From contig JACKGI010000002.1 of assembly GCA_020632015.1 (NCBI GenBank), forward strand, positions 91,121 through 155,120: a stretch of 64,000 nucleotides of DNA. Direction: 5' to 3'. Shown here piece after piece: positions 1-9,327 of the stretch. Below the pieces are notes generated by a model. That model saw only the letters and a program-made list of their open reading frames with translations. It did not search any database and was not told the DNA's origin. The position numbers were made by a program, and so were the translations under genes. Positions within the stretch are counted from its first letter, which is position 1. Every line of letters starts with the position of its first letter. This DNA is from Candidatus Nomurabacteria bacterium. Its GTDB lineage: Bacteria > Patescibacteriota > Minisyncoccia > Phycocordibacterales > UBA918.

Positions 1-695
1 ATATCCGTGACTTGTTTGCAGCGACGAGTGAAGCCAGAGCTCGAGGATGGAAGGCTGGTAGATTCAGCTTTAATGTGAAAGGTGGCAGGTGTGAAGCCTG
101 CCAAGGTAACGGAGTAATAGCCGTTGAAATGCACTTCCTACCAACTGTGTATGTTACTTGTGATGTTTGCGATGGTACAAGATTTACCAAAGAGACACTT
201 GAAGTAACCTACAAAAAGAAAAATATATACGATGTACTTCACATGACAGTTGAAGAAGCTCATGATTTCTACAAAGATGTACCTGCTATTCAAGAAAGAC
301 TTCGTGCACTACTCGATGTTGGACTTGGATATTTAGAATTAGGGCAAAGCGCAACGACTCTTTCTGGAGGTGAGGCACAAAGAGTAAAAATTGCTTCGGA
401 GCTCTATCGACCACACACTCAAAAGACTATCTACCTGCTCGATGAACCTACTATTGGTTTACACTATGAAGATGTTAGGAAGCTGATTGAAATTCTCCAG
501 CAACTAGTCAACAAAGGAAATACCGTAATGGTAATTGAGCACAATCTTGACCTAGTCAAGAGCGCTGATTACATAATCGACATTGGCCCTGAAGGTGGAG
601 CAAAAGGCGGACAAATCGTCGCAAAAGGCACTCCAGAAGAGGTTGCCGACAATCCTAAGTCACATACAGGTCATTATTTAAAGAAAATCTTGTAA
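1..695 (+). CDS. uvrA: Excinuclease ABC subunit A, C-terminal part (5' end outside window)
   Basis: Frame open from base 3: [25 protein letters not shown] zinc-finger, ABC signature LSGGEAQR, Walker B LLDEPT; typical UvrA C-terminus. Confidence 0.95.
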   Translation, partial: IRDLFAATSEARARGWKAGRFSFNVKGGRCEACQGNGVIAVEMHFLPTVYVTCDVCDGTRFTKETLEVTYKKKNIYDVLHMTVEEAHDFYKDVPAIQERLRALLDVGLGYLELGQSATTLSGGEAQRVKIASELYRPHTQKTIYLLDEPTIGLHYEDVRKLIEILQQLVNKGNTVMVIEHNLDLVKSADYIIDIGPEGGAKGGQIVAKGTPEEVADNPKSHTGHYLKKIL

Positions 696-794
696 AAGAG
701 TGGACATCTCTACGAATTAATACAATAAAAGAGTATAATTAGTTTTTAGAGGGTCAGATTGTTTGACCCGTTCATCACAAATAGGAGAGGGAAA

Positions 795-1049
795 ATGGGA
801 CAATTAGCTAGGGCAGTTGTAGAGTGTCAGGATGAGATGATTCTTTTCTTGGCAGACTACTTCAATGTGGAGCCAACCTGCCATGCAGTATATGAAGCAT
901 CGTACGCAGATTGGTTTTTGTTTCCTAAATCAGAATGTCTACGCAAACGCGTAGCAGAAACTGTTCAGGAAGCAGTTGATAACTATACTAAAAAATCTCA
1001 CCACCCGCACTGGGTTGCCAGAGTTTACGAAAGAGCTCTAGCGTCGTGA
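795..1049 (+). CDS. Hypothetical protein (84 aa)
   Basis: ORF 759..1049; ATG at 795 preceded by AGGAGAGGG; followed by terminator hairpin; no family recognised. Confidence 0.45.
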   Translation: MGQLARAVVECQDEMILFLADYFNVEPTCHAVYEASYADWFLFPKSECLRKRVAETVQEAVDNYTKKSHHPHWVARVYERALAS

Positions 1050-1064
1050 TAATGCTCTTTGAAT

Positions 1065-1090
1065 CGCCAGTTTACTGGCGTTTTCTTTTT
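1065..1090 (+). terminator. Rho-independent terminator
   Basis: CGCCAG-TTTA-CTGGCG hairpin followed by TTTTCTTTTT. Confidence 0.6.
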
Positions 1091-1098
1091 CTGGTATA

Positions 1099-2343
1099 GT
1101 GACACAAATGACAAAAGACGAATTTTCAAAATCTAAACTTCCTGACACACCTGGTGTGTATTTTTTTCTTGGGCCTAGGAAGAATATTTTGTACATTGGA
1201 AAAGCTACATCACTCAAGAATAGAGTTAGGAGCTATTTTGTACACGATATTGATGAGAAAAGATCTCAGCTAATTGAAAAGATGGTATCAGAAGCGGTAA
1301 GTGTTGAATTTACTAAAACAGACAGTGTGCTGGAAGCTCTAATCTTAGAGACCAATTTAATCAGGACACATAAGCCTTATTACAACACCAGAAGTAAGGA
1401 CGATAAAAGTTACAACCATCTAGTGATAACAAATGAAGAGTTCCCACGGGTGCTGGTGGTTCGAGGGAAGGATTTGACTGAAAAGTTCGATAAAGATGAA
1501 ATTAAGTACGAGTTTGGTCCGTTCCCGAGTGGCATGTTGTTTAAGGAAGCATTAAAAATCATCAGAAAACTATTCCAGTTTTATGACACAAAATCGCCAC
1601 TTGATTTACAAAAAAGTAAACTTGCCAAAGGAAAAATTGATTTTAACCGCCAAATTGGGTTGTATCCTGACAAGCAAACAAAATCAGAATACGCCAGAAC
1701 TATCCGTCATATTAAATTGTTTTTTGAGGGCAAGAAAGGCCAGGTTGTAAAGGAGCTTGAAAAGGAAATGATGAAGCTTGCTAAACTTCAAAAGTTTGAG
1801 GAAGCGCAAGCTGTCAAAAGAAGAATATTCGCCCTGAATCACATTCAGGATATTTCTCTCATAAAGGATGAGTCTCGAATTTACCGTGATGAAAAGAGAA
1901 TAAGAATTGAAGCTTACGACGTTGCACATTTACAGGGAGATGACATGGTTGGAGTTATGACTGTTGTCGAAGGAGGGGAGGTAGAGAAAAGCCAGTATCG
2001 GAAGTTTAAAATTAATAATTTTACAAAAGCCAATGATACAGGAGCTCTAAAAGAAATGTTTGAGCGAAGAATTGCTCATACTGATTGGTCGTTACCTCAG
2101 CTGATTGTCGTTGACGGAAGTACGCCTCAAAAAAAAGTAGTGGAAAGCATACTGAGAAGGAACAATTTGGTGATACCAGTTGTAGCAGTTGTAAAAGATG
2201 ACAAGCATAATCCTACCCGTTTGATAGGACAAAAAAATATTATAAATCTCCATAAGCTGTCTATTCTACTAGCAAACGCAGAGTCTCATCGATTTGCTAT
2301 TACGTACCATCGAGAAAAAAGGAGGAAGAAGCTTAAGTCATAA
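1099..2343 (+). CDS. uvrC: Excinuclease ABC subunit C, compact form (414 aa; start GTG 1099 or ATG 1108)
   Basis: GIY-YIG motif GVYFF..ILYIGKATSLKNRVRSYF, UVR-like helix KLQKFEEAQAVKRRIFAL, C-terminal endonuclease block IEAYDVAHLQGDD..YRKFKI..LIVVDGS; ends before any HhH region. Confidence 0.85.
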   Translation: MTQMTKDEFSKSKLPDTPGVYFFLGPRKNILYIGKATSLKNRVRSYFVHDIDEKRSQLIEKMVSEAVSVEFTKTDSVLEALILETNLIRTHKPYYNTRSKDDKSYNHLVITNEEFPRVLVVRGKDLTEKFDKDEIKYEFGPFPSGMLFKEALKIIRKLFQFYDTKSPLDLQKSKLAKGKIDFNRQIGLYPDKQTKSEYARTIRHIKLFFEGKKGQVVKELEKEMMKLAKLQKFEEAQAVKRRIFALNHIQDISLIKDESRIYRDEKRIRIEAYDVAHLQGDDMVGVMTVVEGGEVEKSQYRKFKINNFTKANDTGALKEMFERRIAHTDWSLPQLIVVDGSTPQKKVVESILRRNNLVIPVVAVVKDDKHNPTRLIGQKNIINLHKLSILLANAESHRFAITYHREKRRKKLKS

Positions 2344-2360
2344 CCTTTAAGTAAATTTTA

Positions 2361-3269
2361 TTGTTACAGAAATATATGCAGACAAACATTGGATTCATTG
2401 GACAAGGCTGGATTGGTAAGCACTACGCAGATGATTTTGAAAATCGCGCCTACTCAGTAGTTAGGTATTCTCTAGAAGAACCATATATACAAAACAGAGA
2501 TAAAATTAAGGATTGTGAGATTGTCTTTGTTGCTGTTCCTACTCCTACAACTGCCACAGGCTTCAGCTATGAACCGGTAATAGATGCCCTTAAGGTTGTT
2601 GCTGATGGAAGCACTGTAGTAATTAAATCAACTATTCTGCCCGGCACCACTAGCGAACTTCAAGAGAAATTTAGCAATCTGTATCTAATGCATAGTCCCG
2701 AATTTTTGCGTGAAGCTACAGCAGCCTACGACGCTTCATTTCCAGACAGAAATATTATCGGTATACCAAAAGAGACAGATGATTTTAAACTACGTGCCGA
2801 TAAGGTAATGGCTGTATTACCGAAAGCAAACTACCAAAGCATCGTGCCTGCTCTAGAAGCTGAACTCGTAAAGTACATTGGAAACTGTTTTTTGTATTCA
2901 AAAGTCGTAATGATGAACACATTCCATGACATGGTCACAGCATCAGGTGCCAATTGGGAATTAGTTAGGGAAGCAATAACCAAGGATACACGCATCGGTG
3001 ACAGTCATACTGAACCAATTCATCATAGTGGTCACGTAAACTCAAAAGAGGGAATCAAAAGAGGAGCTGGAGGCCACTGTTTTATTAAGGATTTTGAAGC
3101 CTTTAGAAGATTCTATGCTGACAAGGTTGGTAGAGATAAAGCACATGAAATGTTAACAAGAATGATTGATTACAATAACCATCTATTAATTTCGACACAA
3201 AAAGACATAGACTTACTTGAGGGGGTATACGGAAAAGAAGTTATTAATGGAGACAAACCACTGGAATGA
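2361..3269 (+). CDS. UDP-glucose/GDP-mannose dehydrogenase family protein (short, 302 aa)
   Basis: Rossmann IGFIGQGWIG, VAVPTPT, KSTILPGTT, SPEFLREATA, catalytic-Cys-like GGHCFIKD; lacks the usual C-terminal domain. Confidence 0.6.
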   Translation: MLQKYMQTNIGFIGQGWIGKHYADDFENRAYSVVRYSLEEPYIQNRDKIKDCEIVFVAVPTPTTATGFSYEPVIDALKVVADGSTVVIKSTILPGTTSELQEKFSNLYLMHSPEFLREATAAYDASFPDRNIIGIPKETDDFKLRADKVMAVLPKANYQSIVPALEAELVKYIGNCFLYSKVVMMNTFHDMVTASGANWELVREAITKDTRIGDSHTEPIHHSGHVNSKEGIKRGAGGHCFIKDFEAFRRFYADKVGRDKAHEMLTRMIDYNNHLLISTQKDIDLLEGVYGKEVINGDKPLE

Positions 3270-3284
3270 TATACTTAGAGTGAT

Positions 3285-4247
3285 ATGAAAAATGTTGTGG
3301 TTCTTAGAGGTGGCCCAAGTCAAGAGTATGACGTTTCTATGCGAACAGGACAAGCTGTCTTAGAAGCTTTAAACAAACTTGGATACACCCATAAGGATGT
3401 CGTTGTTAGCAAAAAAGGTGAGTGGTTGCATAATGGCTTTGTACGTAATCCTGAGGCTGTTCTAGATGCTACAGATGTGGTTTTTTTGGCCTTACATGGC
3501 GAATATGGTGAGGATGGACAAGTGCAGAGAATTCTCCAAAGAAAGAATGTGCCGTTCACAGGGAGTCGTGCCATGCCTTCATCAATTGCTTTTAATAAAG
3601 AACTTACAAAGGAAACCTTGCGTTCGTTAAACATAAGAATGCCAAGACACAGAAGAGTCACTAGACACGAACTCAAGTCTTTAGATGAAGAGATTCCAAA
3701 TATTTTTAGAGAGGTGGGAAAGGAATTATTTGTGAAGCCTATTTCGGCGGGTTCATCAGTTGGAGCTTCATACGCTCCAACAAAAGAAACACTGAAGTCT
3801 GCACTGACTACACTGCTCGATATGTACGAGCAAGTTCTAGTCGAAGAATTTATACGTGGAAAAGAGGCTACTGTTGGTGTTCTAAATAATTTTAGAAATG
3901 TCACTACTTACGCACTACCTGTCGTCGAGATAGTTCCGCCCAAATCAGATGTTTTCTACTCAGCTACCAACAAGTACAACGGCTCGACCGAACAAATCTG
4001 CCCTGGACGATTTTCTTACCATGAAAAAGCAATGTTGTCAGAAGCTGCATCATTAGTACATGAAGCGATTGGTTGTGACCAGTATTCAAGAAGTGATTTT
4101 ATCGTCAAAGATGGAGAAGTTTACTTTTTGGAGATTAACACCTTACCTGGACTAACCCCTCATTCAAATTTTCCAAAAGCTGCTTCTGCAGTTGGACTTG
4201 AATTTCCTTATTTAATTAAGCATCTAGTCGAAACAGCGACTGTGTAA
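3285..4247 (+). CDS. ddl: D-alanine--D-alanine ligase
   Basis: VLRGGPSQEYDVS, LHGEYGEDGQVQ, ATP-grasp core, EINTLPGLT. Confidence 0.9.
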   Translation: MKNVVVLRGGPSQEYDVSMRTGQAVLEALNKLGYTHKDVVVSKKGEWLHNGFVRNPEAVLDATDVVFLALHGEYGEDGQVQRILQRKNVPFTGSRAMPSSIAFNKELTKETLRSLNIRMPRHRRVTRHELKSLDEEIPNIFREVGKELFVKPISAGSSVGASYAPTKETLKSALTTLLDMYEQVLVEEFIRGKEATVGVLNNFRNVTTYALPVVEIVPPKSDVFYSATNKYNGSTEQICPGRFSYHEKAMLSEAASLVHEAIGCDQYSRSDFIVKDGEVYFLEINTLPGLTPHSNFPKAASAVGLEFPYLIKHLVETATV

Positions 4248-4264
4248 AAACACCAATATTTACC

Positions 4265-4293
4265 TTGACTTTAGGAGTATTGACCTTTATTAT
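4265..4293 (+). promoter_or_regulatory. Putative sigma70-type promoter for tRNA-Ala(UGC)
   Basis: TTGACT (4265-4270), 17-nt spacer, TATTAT (4288-4293). Confidence 0.45.
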
Positions 4294-4330
4294 AGTGCGC
4301 ACTTACGCATTGCGTAATAGCCCAATATTC

Positions 4331-4403
4331 GGGCTCGTAGCTCATCTGGTAGAGCGCCTCATTTGCACTGAGGAGGTAGCGGGTTCAAGTCCTGTCGAGT
4401 CCA
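4331..4403 (+). tRNA. tRNA-Ala (anticodon UGC), CCA not encoded
   Basis: Manual cloverleaf: acceptor GGGCTCG/CGAGTCC with G3:U70, D arm GCTC/GAGC, anticodon stem CCTCA/TGAGG with loop TTTGCAC, T loop TTCAAGT, discriminator A. Confidence 0.9.
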
Positions 4404-4412
4404 CAATGAAAT

Positions 4413-4446
4413 AATCTTGCAATATTTCTTGCAAGATTTTTTTTAT
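4413..4446 (+). terminator. Rho-independent terminator after tRNA-Ala(UGC)
   Basis: 10-bp stem AATCTTGCAA/TTGCAAGATT, 6-nt loop, T-run. Confidence 0.65.
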
Positions 4447-4515
4447 TGTCGAGCGGACTTGAAGAGGTTGCCAGCTATTTTGAAAAATAGCGACAACCTG
4501 TACTGAACTCGTAGA

Positions 4516-4537
4516 GTTCAAGTCCTGTCGAGTCCAC
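4516..4537 (+). repeat. 22-nt direct repeat of the tRNA-Ala(UGC) 3' end (degenerate tRNA remnant)
   Basis: GTTCAAGTCCTGTCGAGTCCAC is identical at 4383-4404 and 4516-4537. The second copy is preceded by CTCGTAG, as in the tRNA 5' end, but has no D or anticodon arms. Confidence 0.7.
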
Positions 4538-4562
4538 TTATATTTCTTAAACCATAACTCCA

Positions 4563-4571
4563 TGCTAGAAT
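4563..4571 (+). promoter_or_regulatory. Putative extended -10 promoter for tRNA-Ala(GGC)
   Basis: TGcTAGAAT ends about 10 nt upstream of the mature tRNA 5' end. Confidence 0.35.
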
Positions 4572-4581
4572 TTCGGACGTT

Positions 4582-4654
4582 GGGCTCTTAGCTCATCCGG
4601 TAGAGCGCTTCCATGGCATGGAAGAGGCGAGCGGTTCAAGTCCGCTAGAGTCCA
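4582..4654 (+). tRNA. tRNA-Ala (anticodon GGC), CCA not encoded
   Basis: Acceptor GGGCTCT/AGAGTCC with G3:U70, anticodon stem CTTCC/GGAAG with loop ATGGCAT, T arm AGCGG-TTCAAGT-CCGCT. Confidence 0.9.
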
Positions 4655-4662
4655 CTATAAAA

Positions 4663-4695
4663 CAAAAACAGCACTAAGTGCTGTTTTTGTTTTGG
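4663..4695. terminator. Bidirectional terminator (tRNA / HAD gene)
   Basis: ACAAAAACAGCAC-TAA-GTGCTGTTTTTGT flanked by A-run and T-run, between convergent genes. Confidence 0.65.
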
Positions 4696-4704
4696 ATGAT
4701 TAAT

Positions 4705-5415
4705 TTATCCAAGCATTTCTCGAAGCTTCTTGTATGTATCGTTATGGTCATCAACCGGTACTGTTTCGATAACACCAATTACTGCTTCGTCGTTACCTCC
4801 CGGGTAAAGTCCGTCGCCAAAGTAAATACACTCGTCTTTGTTCCAGCCCATATGGTCTATAAGCTTTTGCACATTTGTTCCTTTATGTCTGTCTTTATGA
4901 ATATAGTCTAGGCTGGTAGAGCCACCAATTTTAACCACTAGTTCCTCTGATTCGAACGGAACTTGTTGCATTAGAAATTCGCGCTTTTTTCTGTCGGGGT
5001 CGTATGATTTTTTGTGTTCAACTGGGGCTGTGTTTCCGATAGGGCTAAAAGTAATCTGCGCACCCCTGTCTTCTATTGGATTCCAGTCATGATTTAATTC
5101 GTGGTCGAGAATTTTTGTTATAGCTTCTATGTGTGCAAGTATTTCTTGGCGATGAGCTTCATCTAGTGGAATATTCCAGATCTCTTCACGTTGTAAATCT
5201 TTAGCGTGATTTCCGTTTTGACCTAATGTGTAGGCAGGCAGGTTATTGCTTTGCCACAGTATTTTGTCTACCTCCTGTCCAGAAACAATAATGATATCGT
5301 GTGGAAGTGAATCAAGCAGTTGGTACATTTCAGGCAAAATAGGCTGTCTTGCTGGAGCAACTGTTTGATCCATATCAAAAAAGAGGTGTTTGTATTTATT
5401 CATGTTGGATAGCAT
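4705..5415 (-). CDS. HAD-superfamily hydrolase (subfamily IIB-like)
   Basis: Motif I FFDMDQTV, motif IV GDGLYPGGNDEA; start may be the internal MNKYKH. Confidence 0.7.
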   Translation of the reverse strand: MLSNMNKYKHLFFDMDQTVAPARQPILPEMYQLLDSLPHDIIIVSGQEVDKILWQSNNLPAYTLGQNGNHAKDLQREEIWNIPLDEAHRQEILAHIEAITKILDHELNHDWNPIEDRGAQITFSPIGNTAPVEHKKSYDPDRKKREFLMQQVPFESEELVVKIGGSTSLDYIHKDRHKGTNVQKLIDHMGWNKDECIYFGDGLYPGGNDEAVIGVIETVPVDDHNDTYKKLREMLG

Positions 5416-5487
5416 AAACTCAAATTCATTGTCTGTAAATTCACAACATGAGGTTATTTATCTTCAAAATACTGCTATTATTGAATT

Positions 5488-6003
5488 ATGACTATATTTA
5501 TAACTCTAGTAACAATTCTGCAATCATTTTCTATTGCACTTGGGGTTGGCTCCTCGACATTAGCTATAATTAATTTTTTTGTTGCAATTGCAGACGGGAC
5601 GATAGACGATACAGAAAGAAGAATGATGGGGGTAGTTTATGTTGTCTTGCGGGTAGCCATGATCGCTATTCTTGTTACATCACTATTACTTATCGCATAT
5701 CACGGAAGTTCAGCTGGCATACTAAACATGTCTGGCTTCGCTTACGCACAGATGCTTGCTTTGTTTGTTTTGTTTATTAACGCCATGCTGATGACTGCAC
5801 ACTTAATGCCGAGCACGTTTGGACCCGCCCTACAGGCTGGAAGCTGGTACACACTTGGTACATTATCCGCCTTAAGTGTAGTTGGCATCGTTAATTTCAC
5901 TTTCACTCACTTCATAATGGCTTATGTTACGTGGCTCATACTTGCTGTTGGGATTGTAAATGGAATTATGGCCATCCAAAAATCAAAAAGGAAGCAAACA
6001 TAA
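5488..6003 (+). CDS. Polytopic membrane protein, unknown function
   Basis: 171 aa, about 5 hydrophobic segments, basic C-terminus; terminator follows. Confidence 0.5.
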   Translation: MTIFITLVTILQSFSIALGVGSSTLAIINFFVAIADGTIDDTERRMMGVVYVVLRVAMIAILVTSLLLIAYHGSSAGILNMSGFAYAQMLALFVLFINAMLMTAHLMPSTFGPALQAGSWYTLGTLSALSVVGIVNFTFTHFIMAYVTWLILAVGIVNGIMAIQKSKRKQT

Positions 6004-6010
6004 TCCTAAC

Positions 6011-6038
6011 AAAAAACCGGTCATCAGACCGGTTTTTT
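6011..6038. terminator. Bidirectional terminator
   Basis: AAAAAA-CCGGTC-ATCA-GACCGG-TTTTTT between convergent genes. Confidence 0.7.
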
Positions 6039-6050
6039 ATTGCTTATTTA

Positions 6051-9000
6051 TTAGTTAGTGTTTGGCAAATCGCCCGGTTTCCGGCTGTAGGTAATCGGAA
6101 TAAGTACAAGAGTAATGACTACTGAGAAGACCAATCCAAACATTACAGCGTAGGCTAGTGGTGACCAAAGGTCTCCAGCGTAGGTAAGTGGAATCATACC
6201 AATTACAGTTGTGATTGTAGTAAGAAGAATTGGTCGGAGACGGTTTGAAGCTGCGTCTAGAACCACTGTCCTTATATCTTTAGTTGGGTTAGCTCGGCGC
6301 ATGCTGTTCATCATGTCTATTAGAAGAATCGAGTTGTTCACCACAATTCCAGATAGAGCTATGAATCCCATCATGGAAGGGAAGGATAGGGTGTTTTGAG
6401 TAATTGCTAAGCCAAGCATAATACCAATTAAGGAGTAGGGAAGAATCGATAGAACATATCTCATGTGAAGGTAAGAATTAAACTGTAAGGTAAGAATACC
6501 CACCATTAGACCAATACCAACAATGAGGGCGAGAAACATTTCCATGAAAGCCTTGTTTGATTCGTCTGTTTCTCCACCGCCAGTACTGATAATTACTCCG
6601 TCTGGAATATCTAGTTCAGCTTCAATTCGTTCTATAGCTTCAACTTGTATTTCTCTCGCGTTGCCACCTTCTGAAACATCTGCAGTTACAGATACCACTC
6701 GCTTACCATCTTCGTGAGATATAACTGAGCTAGATTCGCGAAGAGATATCTCTACTAAACTAGAAAGAGGCACATTTCCAGTAGCGGTTGGAATCATGAT
6801 TTCACTAAGGGCGTTAACAGAAGTTATCTTGGTTGTTTCAGCAGTCGCTTTATCATCACCGTCGACGTTGAGTTTTACGACAACGTTAATATCTTCATCG
6901 AGAGTAGTGAGTGATGTCGCCTCAGTTCCGTAGAGCGCTGTACGAGCCAATTGTGACACTTGAAAAGCACTTACTCCAAGTGCGGTTGCTTTGTCTCTGT
7001 CTAGCTCCATCACAAACTCAGTACTATTGTTGTTTGTACTAGTTTCTACATTGACTGTGTTGTCGATGGTTCTGAAAATCATTGCTGACTTGTTTGCTAA
7101 ATTTGTGATTTCAGTCAAGTCATCGCCCAAGAACTTTACGATGATGGCTGCTCCAGTTGGAGGACCATCACTTGGTTGATTGATAGTGACTTTAATATCG
7201 CTCAATTCAGCAAACTGAATTCGCATATCTTCTACTATTTCAGTGCTAGTTCTTTCTCTATCCTTATCTAGGTTGATAAAAATATTAGCGAGTTTTTCAC
7301 CAACCCCTCCATTTCCGAACTGACTCCCGCTTCCAATAGTAGTTGTGAATGAATCTATTTCTGATTCATCATAAAGCAGTTCTTCAACTCTGCGCACAGC
7401 CACGTCGGTAACTTCCTTCACAGTACCTTCAGGTTTTTCAACTTCTACGATCAAGTAATCAATGTCACTTTGATCGAAGAAAATAACTTTCACTAGATTT
7501 ACAGAAGGCAATACTGCGCTCGCAACAAAGACAGATAGTGCAATCGAAGCAATTGTCATCGGCAACCAAGCAAGAAGTTTTCGACGCATATCACTCCAGT
7601 TTCGATTCTTCTGAATACTGTAGGATTTTAGTGTAGCCAAGTAAGTAAGTGGACCAGCTAGAATTCCAGCAAAAACGTTGATTGGTAGGAAAATAGAGAA
7701 TACTAGAGCTGAGAAAATAAGCGCTAAGAATCTATTCTCCTTTTCTGTGTTTCCAACATATTTTTCGAGCTTTCCTCTGTACCATGACTCAAGCTTGTGA
7801 GCATAGGCAATCTGCTTGGCTTCAAACTCAGTAGCGTTCTTTCGGTGCAAGAAGGTTGAAGCAATCAATGGCAGAATAGCCAGAGATACGAATAGAGAAG
7901 CAAAGAGTAGGAAGATTAACGTGAAGGGAATACTGGCAATAAACTGTCCAGTTACACCAGAGACGATGAACAACCCCGCAAACATCGATACAGTTGTTAG
8001 AGTTCCTGAAATCAGTGGGGAAGAGAATTCTTGAATCGTTGAAATCGCAGCTTCTCTTTTGTTGATAGTAGGATGATCTTTCATCTTACGATTTATCCCT
8101 TCAATCATCACAATCGCTGAGTCTACCAAGATACCAATACCAAGAATGAGTGAGAATAAACTCAAAAAGTTGATTGTGTTACCAGAGAAGTACAAACCGA
8201 TAAACCCGAACAAAAATGAAAGCGGGATGGCTGTTCCTGCAAGCAAACCCTCTCGCCAGCCGATAGCGAAGATAAGCAGTACGACTACAAGAGTCACGGT
8301 CTGTAACCCAGAACTAGAAAGCCTTATCAAGTCAGTCTTAATATCTTTCCCAGCGTCTAGTACAGTTACAGTTGTTAAGCCCGCCAGCAATTCGTTTGGC
8401 TGTTTAAGTTCGTCAATTCGTTGATTAACGGCCGCAGTGATTTTGGTAATATCACCACCAGAACGTTTGTAAACACTAAATGAAACTGAGTTCTGTGACG
8501 GGTTTCCTTCTACGCTTAGACGTGATAAGGAGCTGGCTGGAGCAAGTCCATCTTCTACCACTGCAACGTCTTTAATAAAGACAGGCTGGCCTCCACGGCT
8601 CGCAATACCAATATTTACAATCTCTGATGTATCAACAATATCGCCCTCAAAAGCTACATTATACGAAACACCGTCATTTACTATTTGGCCGATAGGGAAG
8701 GTAAGGTTGGCATTTCTGATAGCGTTTGTAACCTCACTAATAGAAATATTAAATCTTTGGAGTGACTCCTGATTTAGTATAATAGTCACCTCTCTGTCCC
8801 TGACGCCACTCTTTTCTACTCTAGACACTCCAGAAATTGCCTCAATTTCACGCTCTACATCATCAGCTAACTGTGTAAAGGCGAAGTCCGATAAGTCACC
8901 AGACATTGCGATAGTCATCACTGGTTGATCAACAAAGTTCACTTCTGAAACAAACGGATCGTTTGCATCGTCTGGCAAATCCGGCTTTATCGTGTCAACA

Positions 9001-9326
9001 GCATCTTTCAAATCAAGAATTGATTTGTCTAAATCTGCTTCGGCTTCAAACTCAACCACAATACTAGAAACTCCTTCTCTTGAAGTAGAGGTTATTTTTT
9101 TAACGTTTTCGAGTCCCGTAAGACCACGTTCAATTTCATTTGTTACTAAAGACTCAATATCTGAGGCTGGGGCACCGGGTAGAACTGTACTAACAACACC
9201 GACCGGAATAATTACTTCGGGCGCAGACTCTTTAGGGATAGAGACTAAGCTGAATGTACCAACACCAATGAGAGCAATAAGAAATAAGTAGGCAAACCTA
9301 CTGTTTTTAATAAAGAAATCCCACAT
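6051..9326 (-). CDS. RND-family efflux transporter permease (AcrB/HAE-like), 1091 aa
   Basis: N-terminus FFIKNSRFAYLFLIALIGVG, two 6-TM bundles with large loops, ILGIGILVDSAIVMIEG and ALSGIVVNNSILLID motifs. Confidence 0.9.
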   Translation of the reverse strand: MWDFFIKNSRFAYLFLIALIGVGTFSLVSIPKESAPEVIIPVGVVSTVLPGAPASDIESLVTNEIERGLTGLENVKKITSTSREGVSSIVVEFEAEADLDKSILDLKDAVDTIKPDLPDDANDPFVSEVNFVDQPVMTIAMSGDLSDFAFTQLADDVEREIEAISGVSRVEKSGVRDREVTIILNQESLQRFNISISEVTNAIRNANLTFPIGQIVNDGVSYNVAFEGDIVDTSEIVNIGIASRGGQPVFIKDVAVVEDGLAPASSLSRLSVEGNPSQNSVSFSVYKRSGGDITKITAAVNQRIDELKQPNELLAGLTTVTVLDAGKDIKTDLIRLSSSGLQTVTLVVVLLIFAIGWREGLLAGTAIPLSFLFGFIGLYFSGNTINFLSLFSLILGIGILVDSAIVMIEGINRKMKDHPTINKREAAISTIQEFSSPLISGTLTTVSMFAGLFIVSGVTGQFIASIPFTLIFLLFASLFVSLAILPLIASTFLHRKNATEFEAKQIAYAHKLESWYRGKLEKYVGNTEKENRFLALIFSALVFSIFLPINVFAGILAGPLTYLATLKSYSIQKNRNWSDMRRKLLAWLPMTIASIALSVFVASAVLPSVNLVKVIFFDQSDIDYLIVEVEKPEGTVKEVTDVAVRRVEELLYDESEIDSFTTTIGSGSQFGNGGVGEKLANIFINLDKDRERTSTEIVEDMRIQFAELSDIKVTINQPSDGPPTGAAIIVKFLGDDLTEITNLANKSAMIFRTIDNTVNVETSTNNNSTEFVMELDRDKATALGVSAFQVSQLARTALYGTEATSLTTLDEDINVVVKLNVDGDDKATAETTKITSVNALSEIMIPTATGNVPLSSLVEISLRESSSVISHEDGKRVVSVTADVSEGGNAREIQVEAIERIEAELDIPDGVIISTGGGETDESNKAFMEMFLALIVGIGLMVGILTLQFNSYLHMRYVLSILPYSLIGIMLGLAITQNTLSFPSMMGFIALSGIVVNNSILLIDMMNSMRRANPTKDIRTVVLDAASNRLRPILLTTITTVIGMIPLTYAGDLWSPLAYAVMFGLVFSVVITLVLIPITYSRKPGDLPNTN

Positions 9327-9327
9327 A

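Noticed and set aside
4342-4563. 73-aa minus-strand ORF
   Set aside because: It overlaps tRNA-Ala(UGC), its terminator and the tRNA remnant, so it is not coding.
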